NCBI RefSeq assembly: GCF_028368995.1 | Contig: NZ_JAQNDL010000003.1 | Coordinates: 544,001 to 608,000, forward strand | From: Nannocystis bainbridge | Lineage (GTDB): Bacteria > Myxococcota_A > Polyangia > Nannocystales > Nannocystaceae | Direction of reading: 5' to 3' | DNA: 64,000 nucleotides | Shown here: positions 55,732-64,000 of the stretch, piece by piece | Numbering within the stretch: the first letter of the stretch is position 1 | Layout: every line of letters starts with the position of its first letter | Notes under the pieces: model-generated | The model's input: only the letters and a program-made list of their open reading frames with translations | What the model was told of the DNA's origin: nothing | Database searches by the model: none | Made by a program: the position numbers and the translations under genes

Positions 55732-58004
55732 ATGCATCGGCCCTCGCGGCCGTCCGCGCTCCCTGCTCTGCTCGCGGCCGGTTTGGTCCTCGGCCTCTCC
55801 GCCAGCGCCTCCGCGGCCTGCGTCGACGAGGCCACCTGCACCGTCAAGAAGCCGCTCCTGCTGTTCGTGCTCGACTACTCGACCTCGATGAACAGCCCGA
55901 TCTCCGGCCCGCTGACCCGCTGGCAGGCCGCGGTCGACGGCCTCGTCGATCTCCTCGCGGAGAACGACGGCCTGCTCGCCGATCAGCTGCAGATCGGCGT
56001 GCTGCGCTTCGGCCACGATCCCGCGCCCGCGATCGCCGGCACCGCGATCGCCGGCGACGCCTCCGGCCTGGTCGACGGCCAGCGCCTCGACATCGGTTTT
56101 TATGATGCGCTCGCGCCCGACCATGCCTACCTGCAATGCAACGGCGACGCCCTGACCACCGCCCTGTTCGCCGTCCCGACGCCCCTCGACGGTCAGCCTG
56201 ACGGCATCGAGTCCTGGACCGGCGGCGCCCTCGCACAGGCCAAAACCTACTTGCAGCAGACCCTCGCCGATCACCCGCTCGACCTCGGCACGCGCGACGC
56301 GGCGATCGTGCTCGTCACCGACGGCCCGTGGACCGACCCCTCCGGCGCCACCGAGCTGGCCCCACCGGACGCCGACCCCGCCCTCGTCGCCGCCGACCTT
56401 CTCAATGACATGTCCGTTCGGACATACGTGGTCGCGCTCGGCGAGGCTGCCAATCAGCCCTGGGCCGACGCGATCGGCGTCGCCGGCGGCACCGGCTCCG
56501 CGCGCCTCGGCCTGTCCTTGCAGGGCCTGAACACCTCCCTCGCGGCGAGCGCCCGCGCCGTCGCCCGGGACGTCCGTCTGCCGCGGTGCAGCCCGACCAT
56601 GGCGCGAGCGACGGTGCTGCTCGACGCCTCGTCGTCGCTGCTCAACATCAACGGCGGCACCCAGGCCGGCCCCATGGGCACCACGTCCTGGGACCAGATC
56701 CGCGACGCCCTCACCGGCACCGCCTCGCTGTTCGACCGCCCCGTCCTCGCCAGCACGCGCGAGCACTTCTCGCTCTTCGGCCTTTCCGTGTTCGGCCACG
56801 ACACGCCCGCGCCCGGCGAGCAGCAGCGCCTCGTCGACTACGGCCTGTGTCACGAGGCCCAGTTCGCCTGGGCTCTCGATCCCGAGACCTCGTGCGAGCT
56901 GCCAGGTTGCATCGATCCATGGCAGGCCCGCCCATCACCTGGACCTTCAAAAATTCCGCCGACGAGCCCGCCCTGCCGTTCGCCGGGCCCGTCGTCAGCC
57001 ACATGCCGCGCTGCGACCTCCACCCCAACAACCCCCAGGCGTGCACCGGCTCCGGCAGCTACCTCCACCTCGGCCTCGAGCTCGTGCAAGCCGACCTCGC
57101 CGCCTACAGGTCCGCCTGCCTGGCCGACGGCGCCGCCATGCCGTGCACCGCGACGACCCCGTTCGTCAACGTCCTGATCGTCGACAGCCCCTACAACTCG
57201 AGCGACGCCGCGGTCCAGGTCCCGCTCGAGGCGATGCACGCCGCCGGCGTCACCACCCGCGTGATCGGCTTCGGCGAGCTCCTCGGCCTGCCGCTGCTCA
57301 CCACCCAGCTCGACGCCATGGCCGCCTGGGGCTCGGGCGGGCTCGAGCCCCCGCTCGAAGCCAAGAACCAGCTGCAGCTCGAGGCCGCGCTGGCGAGCAT
57401 CGCCGATGGTTTGCCCGCCGATCCGTGCTGCGACACCCGCGTGTGCAGCCCGGCCAGCTCCTGCGGCGACGGCATCGTCGACTTCGGCGAAGAGTGCGAC
57501 GACGGCAACGGCCAGACCGGCGACGGCTGCAAACCCAACTGCTTCCTCGAGCCGCCCGACGAGACCACCACCGGCGACGAGACCACCACCGGCGACGCGA
57601 CCGACACCGCGACCGACACGGCCTCGACCACCGGCACCTCGACCACCGACGCGATCACCAGCACGACCTCGACCGACACGACCTCGACCACCGGCACCTC
57701 GACCACCGACGCCATCACCGGCACCACCTCGACCACCACGCTCGACCCGACGACGACGACGACCGCGACGACCTTCGTCCCCACGACCGACGGCCCGCCC
57801 ACCACGCAGGGCCCCGGCGACACCTCCGACACGACCGCCAGCAGCAGCAGCGCCACCGACTCCGCAGGCACCGGCGGCATGAACGCGAGCGACGGTTGCA
57901 ACTGCAACAGCGACCCATCCCGCGACCTCGGGCCCGCCTTCTTGTTGGCCCTCGCCGCCCTCGCCCGCCGACGCCGTGACAGGGCCGTTTCGCCCTGTCT
58001 CTGA
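55732..58004 (+). pseudogene. Double-vWA surface protein with a Myxococcus Cys-rich repeat, Thr-rich stalk and MYXO-CTERM-like tail, split by a frameshift near 56920
   Basis: The first frame gives LFVLDYSTSM...LLDASSSL...GCIDPW. Sensible coding continues in another frame (GPPITWTFK...CGDGIVDFGEECDDGN...GCNC...LARRRR). One extra G after TGG restores DPWAGPP. True lesion or sequencing error. Confidence 0.8.
57562..57770 (+). repeat. Thr-rich low-complexity tandem repeats (GDETTT x2; STTGTSTTDAIT x2)
   Basis: Direct repeats visible in both the DNA and the translation. Confidence 0.8.
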
Positions 58005-58076
58005 AGCCATGTCTCTGCGGCACCCAGGGGTCGAGCGGGTGCTCGATCCACCGGGGCTCTCAAACAAGTTGCGCGC

Positions 58077-58661
58077 TCACGTCGACCGCGTGAACTCGTC
58101 GATCTCGCCGCGCAGCCACGCCGTGAAGTCCGCGTAGTCGTGCGCCTCGGCCGACACCCGGGCCCCGCCCTCGCGCTTGCGGGCGAACAGCGGCTCCTCG
58201 GCGTGGTGGCGGCACACCGGGTATTCTGGCCCGGGCGCGCTGGTGTCGAAGCACCACTGCCCGCCCCCCCCGGCGTCGGCGAACGCCACCAGGTGGTCGG
58301 TGACGATCGCGTACTCGCTGCCGTCGTCGTCGACCCACCGCACCCCGGGCCCGACGCGCACGTGCTCGCGCGTGTGCGCGGCCGCCTCGCGCGGCGTGTA
58401 CGCGCACAGCTCCACCACCTCGCCGGCCGCGTCGAGCACCCGCAGCGAGCCGAACGACGCCATGAACGCGCTCCAGCTCGGCGGCGGCGAGAACTCGACC
58501 TCCGGCCGCAGCGCCGCCACTAGTTCGCTCAGCACCGCCGGTGGCACCGCCCCGTAGACCGCCCCGAGGTCGCGCTCGGCCGCCACGGCGATCAGCCCGT
58601 AGACCAACTCGTCGAGGCCGCCGCTGCCCCCCTTGCCCTTCGCAACTGTCTTTCGCGCCAT
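58077..58661 (-). CDS. SMI1/KNR4 (SUKH) family protein
   Basis: Motifs PPSWSAFMASFG, LVAFADAGGGGQWCFD, DFTAWL. Confidence 0.75.
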   Translation of the reverse strand: MARKTVAKGKGGSGGLDELVYGLIAVAAERDLGAVYGAVPPAVLSELVAALRPEVEFSPPPSWSAFMASFGSLRVLDAAGEVVELCAYTPREAAAHTREHVRVGPGVRWVDDDGSEYAIVTDHLVAFADAGGGGQWCFDTSAPGPEYPVCRHHAEEPLFARKREGGARVSAEAHDYADFTAWLRGEIDEFTRST

Positions 58662-58749
58662 GTCCTCTCCGACCTTGCCCTTCGGACCTGCCCTCTACGC
58701 CATGTCCGGATCGACCTTGCCCTTCGGACCTGTCCTCCATGACATGTCC
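58656..58749. repeat. 14-bp-pitch decamer array (7 units) containing a 42-bp higher-order duplication
   Basis: Cores at 58659, 58673, 58687, 58701, 58715, 58729, 58743. The unit GCCATGTCC....CGACCTTGCCCTTCGGACCTG occurs twice, 42 bp apart. Confidence 0.88.
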
Positions 58750-58810
58750 GAGAGCCCCCGGCCCCGGCCTCGCGCTTCGGACCTGTCCTTCATTCCCTGC
58801 CCCGAGCGCC

Positions 58811-59599
58811 TCAGAAGCGCAGGCGCAGCCCCGCCCCGCCGGTCCATTGCAGCCGCGTCGGCCCGAGGGCGATGCTGTCGAGCTTGCGCTTCGACTTGAC
58901 CGCCTGCACCAGTAGGCCGATGGCTGCCCCGGTCACGAACAGGCCGAAGAGCCCGCTCCAGTAGCCGCCGGCCACCAGCCCGCCCTTCGGCTTCTCCGCC
59001 TCTTTCATGGGCAGGCCGCCCATAGCGTTCCAGTCCAGCGCCTCCGCGTACTCCTTCTTGCGCTGGACATGGATCGTCAGCATCGCCGCCGCGCCCCCGA
59101 GCGCCCCGAGCCCGAGCACCAGCAGCCCGGCGCCGAGCCCGATCTGCCGCTTGTACGCGCCGGCGATCCGCACCCGCCGTCGGCCGAGCTCGTCGATGCG
59201 CTGATCGACCAGCATCTGCTCGTCGGGCGACGCGTGCGGGCGGAACGCCTGGTACTCGCTCACCGCGGTGTTGAGCTTGCCCTGCGCCTCCGCCAGCACC
59301 GCCAGGTTGAAGTGCATCGGCCGCCAGTTCGGCGCGAAGAAGGCCACCCGGCGGAACTCCGCCTCCGAACCGACGTAGTTCCCCTTATTAAAATGGTCGA
59401 CCGCCTTGAAGGCGTGCTTCTGCGCCTGAGGGTTAAGCGCCTCCGTCAGCTCCGCGCTCGCCGGCTCCGGCTGCTCCGCCTCGGCCGGCTCCCCCGCCTC
59501 GCGCGCATGGACCGTCGTGGGCGCGGCCAGCGAGGCCGCGCACGCGCAGGCCACGGCCGCGCGGCCGAGCCTTCGACATGCTGTTTCGGACATCTTCAT
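58811..59599 (-). CDS. Exported TPR-containing protein with two TM segments (paralog A)
   Basis: Motifs AVDHFNKGNY..SEAEFRRVAFFAPNWRPMHFNLAVLAEAQGK; ends GAGLRLRF. Confidence 0.8.
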   Translation of the reverse strand: MKMSETACRRLGRAAVACACAASLAAPTTVHAREAGEPAEAEQPEPASAELTEALNPQAQKHAFKAVDHFNKGNYVGSEAEFRRVAFFAPNWRPMHFNLAVLAEAQGKLNTAVSEYQAFRPHASPDEQMLVDQRIDELGRRRVRIAGAYKRQIGLGAGLLVLGLGALGGAAAMLTIHVQRKKEYAEALDWNAMGGLPMKEAEKPKGGLVAGGYWSGLFGLFVTGAAIGLLVQAVKSKRKLDSIALGPTRLQWTGGAGLRLRF

Positions 59600-59636
59600 G
59601 GCCGCTCGCCTCTCGGACCGGCTCTCCGGCGCCTCG

Positions 59637-59688
59637 ACACCTGTCTCGAACAACATGTCCCTCACGCCATGCCCCGAAGGTCAGAAGC
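59637..59688. repeat. 14-bp-pitch decamer array (3-4 units)
   Basis: Cores CCTG 59640, CATG 59654, CATG 59668, CAG 59682. Confidence 0.8.
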
Positions 59689-60526
59689 GCAGCGTGACCC
59701 CGGCCCCGCCGTTCCACTTGAGGCGGGTCTTGCCGAGGTTGATGCCGTCGAGCTGGCGCTTCGACTTGATGGCGTTGCGCAGCGGGATGATCGAGTACGT
59801 CGTCAGCAGCAGGCCGACGATCACGACGTAGATGCCGCCGTACAGCATCAGCTTCCCGCGCCGCTCGAACTTGTCGGACTCTTCGCGGAGGCCGGCCGCA
59901 TGCTCCGCGTACTCGTTGTAACATTGGCTGCCCACGTCCGGCTGAGGACAGTTATTCCCCATCTGAACGACCGTCTCCGCCGCCGCGTCCCACTCCTTGG
60001 CCTTCTCGGTCTGCTTCGGCCCGAGGATGAACATCGCCACCGCGCCGCCGATCGCTCCGACCCCGAGCGTCATCGCCGTCGCGCTGAGCGCGATCTGCCG
60101 CTTGTACGCCCCTGCGATGTTCGTCTTCCGTCGCCCCAGCTCGTCGAGCCGCTGATCGACCACCATTTGCTCGTCGGGCGACCCGTGCGGCCGGAATTCC
60201 TTGTACTCCGACACCGCCGTCCCGAGCTTGCCCTGCGCCTCCGCCAGCACCCCCAAATTGAAGTGCAGCGGCCGCCAGCGCGGCGCGAAGAAAGCCACCC
60301 GGCGCCACTCCTCTTCCGAGTCGACGAACGCCCCATTTTTAAAATGTTCGATCGCCTTGACCGCGTGCTTTTGGGCCTGCGCGTTCAGCTCCTCCGAAGT
60401 CTCCGCCGACGACGGCGCCGGCCCCTCCGGCTCGGTCGCCGACGCCACCGACGGCGTCGCCAGCGAGGCGGCACAGATCACCGCGACCGCCGCCCGGCCC
60501 AGCTTGCGTCCTGTCCCTTCGAACAT
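59681..60526 (-). CDS. Exported TPR-containing protein with two TM segments (paralog B)
   Basis: Clearly similar to 58811-59599 (AQKHA.KA, RRVAFFAP.WRP.HFNL, AYKRQI); ends GAGVTLRF. Start may be up to 60553. Confidence 0.8.
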   Translation of the reverse strand: MFEGTGRKLGRAAVAVICAASLATPSVASATEPEGPAPSSAETSEELNAQAQKHAVKAIEHFKNGAFVDSEEEWRRVAFFAPRWRPLHFNLGVLAEAQGKLGTAVSEYKEFRPHGSPDEQMVVDQRLDELGRRKTNIAGAYKRQIALSATAMTLGVGAIGGAVAMFILGPKQTEKAKEWDAAAETVVQMGNNCPQPDVGSQCYNEYAEHAAGLREESDKFERRGKLMLYGGIYVVIVGLLLTTYSIIPLRNAIKSKRQLDGINLGKTRLKWNGGAGVTLRF

Positions 60527-60549
60527 GTTCCTTGAACCTTGCAGCAGCA

Positions 60550-61626
60550 TCACTCGCCGTCCTTCGGCACGATCTCATAGGACTTCGTCACCCGCGACCA
60601 GCGGGAGATCGGCACCTGCGCCAGCGCCTTCTCCAGCTTGTCCGCGTAGGCCAGGCCCTCGCCGGCGTCCATCGCCGCCGGCTTGAAGCGGTCGAAGTCC
60701 TCGCGGTGGGTGAACGCGTAGACCACCAGCGTCTCGCGGGCGGGCGTGTTCGGGTCGCGCAGGCTCGCCGCGATCGCCTTCTCGTCGGGCGTCGGCAGGA
60801 CCAGGCTGGCCTTGCCCTTGATCGTCGGCAGCGGCACCGAGTCGCTCGGATACACCACCCCGCCGGCCGCGGTCTCCTCGAGCGCGATGACGATCAGGTA
60901 CGCCGTCTCGCTGGCCGAGAACTCGAAGTGGACCCGCTCGCCGTCGACGAACTTCTCCGGCATCTTGACCCAGAAGTCGAACTGCTTCTGCTGGGCCGCG
61001 CGGTCGTAGGAGAACGCGTACGCCTGCGGGTCGCCCCACTCCATCGAGTCGAGCGCCTCCGTCGCCGCCTCGCGGCCGCCCTGGACGCCGATGCCGCCCT
61101 TGCCCACGCGGCCCTTCGCCGCGCCCTCGGCCGAGCGGACCAGCTTGCGGAAGCCCGAGCCGACGCGGACCGACTTGACGATCACCTCGCCGCACGGCCC
61201 GTCGGTGTCGGCGGTCAGCGTCTTCACGTTCTGGATCTCGTACTCCGCCTCGACCGAGCGGCCGTAGCGGGCCTCGAGCTTGAGCATGTCCATGTAGCCG
61301 CCGGCGAACGCCGTCAGGTCGCCGAGGCCGACGCGGTACTTCTTCTTGTAGCTCGACGACGACTCCTTGACCCGGACCTCGCAGCCGGGCGCGCGCTCGT
61401 CCGCGATCGTCCACGCCCCCGCCGTCGTCACCCGCACCTGGCGGCCGAGCAGCGCCTCGGCGTCGCCGGTCGGCTCGAGCAGGAAGTGGGTGTCGGACGA
61501 GAACCCGCCGATCTTCTCCGCCACCTCGGAGTCGGCCTTGGGCGCGGCCAGGAAGCCTTGCTTCGTACATGCCCCGAGGGACATGCCCCCGAGGACAGCC
61601 ATCACGACCCACGCGGCGCGGCTCAT
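60550..61626 (-). CDS. Lipoprotein with a C-terminal DUF4384-like domain
   Basis: Lipobox LGAC. Segment F.DGERVHFEFSASETAYLIVI...VVYP...ETLVVYA. Start overlaps the caspase stop. Confidence 0.7.
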   Translation of the reverse strand: MSRAAWVVMAVLGGMSLGACTKQGFLAAPKADSEVAEKIGGFSSDTHFLLEPTGDAEALLGRQVRVTTAGAWTIADERAPGCEVRVKESSSSYKKKYRVGLGDLTAFAGGYMDMLKLEARYGRSVEAEYEIQNVKTLTADTDGPCGEVIVKSVRVGSGFRKLVRSAEGAAKGRVGKGGIGVQGGREAATEALDSMEWGDPQAYAFSYDRAAQQKQFDFWVKMPEKFVDGERVHFEFSASETAYLIVIALEETAAGGVVYPSDSVPLPTIKGKASLVLPTPDEKAIAASLRDPNTPARETLVVYAFTHREDFDRFKPAAMDAGEGLAYADKLEKALAQVPISRWSRVTKSYEIVPKDGE

Positions 61627-62711
61627 CGCGAGTACCCCCACGAGACGATGAACTCGTCGGCGGCGCTGAGCTTCTTGCCGAGCGTCAGGTGCGGCGTCTG
61701 CTCGCGGTTGGCCTTCTTGGCCTCGCGCTTGACCCGGGGCCCGATCCACTCCGCCAGCTCCTTGAGCGAGATCTGGCCGTCGCCGTTGATGTCGCCCTGG
61801 CCGCTGCCGATCGCCTCGATCAGGTACTTCGAGAACAGCCCGCCCGAGCCGTCGGCGGCCGGGCCCGAGATCTCGGCGCCCGACGAGGCCGACAGCATCG
61901 CCACGCGGGTCTGCGGCTTCACGTCCTCGATGCGGACCAGCGGGCGCGTCCCCGGGGCCAGGACCGAGCGGCCGCCGGCGCCGGAGAAGCACGAGTCGGC
62001 CATCGCCAGCACGTCCTTCGCCTTGGTCTTCTCGAGGTCGCCGAGCACCTCGGTCATCGGGATCGCCGTGTCCTTGAGGTACTGCGGATCGCCGTCGAAC
62101 GGCACGATGTAGCTGACGCCGGTCGTCGGCTCGGGCGCCCCGTGGCCGCTGAAATAGAAGTACACCCGGCCGCCGCTGGGCACGTTGGCCTGCAGCCAGC
62201 GCATCTGCTTGGCGATGTCGGTGCGGCTGGCGCGGTCGTCGAGCAGCACCTTGATGTTGTCCTCGGGCACGCCGAGGGTGACCCGCGCCAGCTCGGCGAA
62301 CTTCTCCGCGTCCGAGCGGGCCCCGCCGGCCGGCGTCACGTCGCGGTACTTCTCGATGCCGACGATCAGCGCGTACGCGGTCGGCTGAGGCGACGCCGAC
62401 ACCATCGACGCGCCCTTGCTGCCGCCGCCGCCGCCGCCGCCGTTGTTCTTGATCCGCGCGCTCGGCTCGTCGCCGGTGGCCCGCCAGTCGGAGCTGCCGG
62501 AGTCGCCGGAGCCGCCGACTTCGTTGCTCGCCATCCGCGAGTCGCCGCCGCCGGAGCCGAGCGAGCCGGCGTCGACGCGCAGCTCGGAGGGGATGATGAG
62601 GGGCGGGAGCTCGTCGACCGGGGTGGCGGTGGCGATCTGCTGTTGTTTGCAGGCCGGCGCCAGGAGCAGCGCGGCGAGGGGTAAAACGATGCGACGCGAC
62701 ACGGGGGACAT
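61623..62711 (-). CDS. Caspase-family (peptidase C14) lipoprotein
   Basis: Lipobox LAPAC. Motifs YALIVGIEKY, FYFSGHG (catalytic His), ADSCFSG (catalytic Cys), GLFSKYL, QTP. Confidence 0.9.
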   Translation of the reverse strand: MSPVSRRIVLPLAALLLAPACKQQQIATATPVDELPPLIIPSELRVDAGSLGSGGGDSRMASNEVGGSGDSGSSDWRATGDEPSARIKNNGGGGGGGSKGASMVSASPQPTAYALIVGIEKYRDVTPAGGARSDAEKFAELARVTLGVPEDNIKVLLDDRASRTDIAKQMRWLQANVPSGGRVYFYFSGHGAPEPTTGVSYIVPFDGDPQYLKDTAIPMTEVLGDLEKTKAKDVLAMADSCFSGAGGRSVLAPGTRPLVRIEDVKPQTRVAMLSASSGAEISGPAADGSGGLFSKYLIEAIGSGQGDINGDGQISLKELAEWIGPRVKREAKKANREQTPHLTLGKKLSAADEFIVSWGYSR

Positions 62712-62751
62712 CCATATCCGTGCGCCGCTGCTACAGTCAACGCACCCCCGG

Positions 62752-63588
62752 ATGATTGAAGTCGTCGATCTCACCAAGTCCTTCCCGATCTCGCGCCAGC
62801 AACGGCGCGAGCAGGCTGCCGCGGGGCCTCCAGCACCCGGCGCCGCGCCGGCTCCTGGAGCCGCGGGCGCGTCGAGCCTCCAGGCTGTCGCCGGCGCCAG
62901 CTTCCGCTGCCTGCCCGGACGCGTATTCGCCCTCCTCGGGCCCAACGGCGCCGGCAAGACCACCGTCTTGCGCATGATCGCCACCCTGCTGCGCCCTGAC
63001 GGCGGGCGGATCTCGATCGCCGGCGTCGATGCCCTGGCCGACCCGGTCGCGGCCCGCCGCCGGCTCGGCTTCCTCACCGGCTCGACCAAGCTTTACGAGC
63101 GCCTGACCGCCGAGGAGAACGTGCGCTACGCCGCCGACCTCCACGGCGTCGGCGCCGCGGACTACAAGCGCCGCCGCGACGCCCTGTTCGCCGCGCTCGG
63201 CATCGACGCCTACGCCGGCCGCCGCGCGGGCCAGCTCTCGACCGGCATGAAGCAGAAGGTCGCAATCGCCCGCACCATCATCCACGACCCCGAGGTGGTC
63301 GTGTTCGACGAGGCCACCTCCGGGCTCGACGTCATCGCCGCGCGGGCCATCATCCAGCTGATCCAGGACTGCCGCGCCCGGGGCAAGACCGTCCTGTTCT
63401 CGACCCACATCATGAGCGAGGTGACGATGCTCGCCGACGACCTCGCGGTGGTCCATCGCGGCCGCCTGCTGGCGATGGGCGGCCTCGAGGAGGTCCTGGC
63501 CCGCGCCGTCGACGAGCGCGGCCAGCGGCGCACGCTCGAGGACGAATTCGTGCGGCTCGTCGACGCCGCCGAGGAGGTGCGGACATGA
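62752..63588 (+). CDS. natA: ABC transporter ATP-binding protein (NatA-like)
   Basis: Motifs GPNGAGKTT, LSTGMKQKV, FDEATSGLD, STHIMSE. Confidence 0.85.
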   Translation: MIEVVDLTKSFPISRQQRREQAAAGPPAPGAAPAPGAAGASSLQAVAGASFRCLPGRVFALLGPNGAGKTTVLRMIATLLRPDGGRISIAGVDALADPVAARRRLGFLTGSTKLYERLTAEENVRYAADLHGVGAADYKRRRDALFAALGIDAYAGRRAGQLSTGMKQKVAIARTIIHDPEVVVFDEATSGLDVIAARAIIQLIQDCRARGKTVLFSTHIMSEVTMLADDLAVVHRGRLLAMGGLEEVLARAVDERGQRRTLEDEFVRLVDAAEEVRT

Positions 63589-64000
63589 GTTCGCCGGCCC
63601 TGGTCGTCTTCCGCAAGGAGCTGCGCGACACCCTCCGCGACCGCCGCACGCTGATCGCGATGGTCGTCGTGCCCTTGCTGCTGTTCCCGCTGTTGATGGT
63701 GGGCATGGCCAAGTTCTCGCAGTCGCGGGCCGCCGAGGCGCGCGACAAGACCCTCGCCGTGGCCGTCGCGGACGCCGAGGCCGGAGCCGGCCGCGGCTCC
63801 GGCCTGGCCGATTTCCTGCGCCACGAGCCCGGCCTCGAGATCACCGAGGTCCAGGACGTCATGGCCCTGCCCGAGCGCGTGCGCACCGAGGAGCTCGACG
63901 CCGCGATCGTCATCCCCGCCGGCTACGCCGCCGCCGTGGCCGCCCACCAGCCCGCGCCGCTGCAGCTGCTCCACAAGTCGAGCGACGACTTCGACATCCC
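63585..64000 (+). CDS. natB: ABC transporter permease (NatB-like), truncated by the window end
   Basis: MSSPALVVFRKELRDTLRDRRTLIAMVVVPLLLFPLL; ATGA overlap with natA. Confidence 0.82.
   Translation, partial: MSSPALVVFRKELRDTLRDRRTLIAMVVVPLLLFPLLMVGMAKFSQSRAAEARDKTLAVAVADAEAGAGRGSGLADFLRHEPGLEITEVQDVMALPERVRTEELDAAIVIPAGYAAAVAAHQPAPLQLLHKSSDDFDI

Noticed and set aside
58060-58740. 226-aa minus-strand ORF with EGRSEGQGR repeats
   Set aside because: It is a translation of the DNA repeat array; the SMI1/KNR4 frame (58077-58661) is the credible gene.

Overview
Very GC-rich bacterial DNA with myxobacterial hallmarks: MYXO-CTERM-like tails, Cys-rich and Thr-rich lipoproteins, a Ser/Thr kinase-AAA protein and a sterol-reductase-like gene. 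A Nannocystis-like organism is my inference. About 42 CDS are supported. They include malQ, oligopeptidase A, purL/purQ, leuS, NatA/NatB-like ABC genes, a DUF262 + HipA pair with no visible HipB, an exported caspase-like/DUF4384/TPR cluster and a frameshifted vWA surface protein. No rRNA, tRNA, CRISPR array or transposase was recognised. The strongest unexplained signal is a pervasive DNA motif: a quasi-palindromic decamer (consensus about GGAC[A/C]TG[T/C]CC, or its reverse complement with a CAGG core) repeated on an exact 14-bp pitch. By manual reading it occurs at roughly 35-40 loci. Arrays of 4-7 units sit mostly just downstream of stop codons. Arrays of 2-4 units are written into coding sequences through otherwise rare synonymous codons, even across conserved protein motifs. 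This looks like a genome-wide phased protein-binding or DNA-architecture code, or a REP-like element. Product calls come from motif recognition only; no database searches were run.
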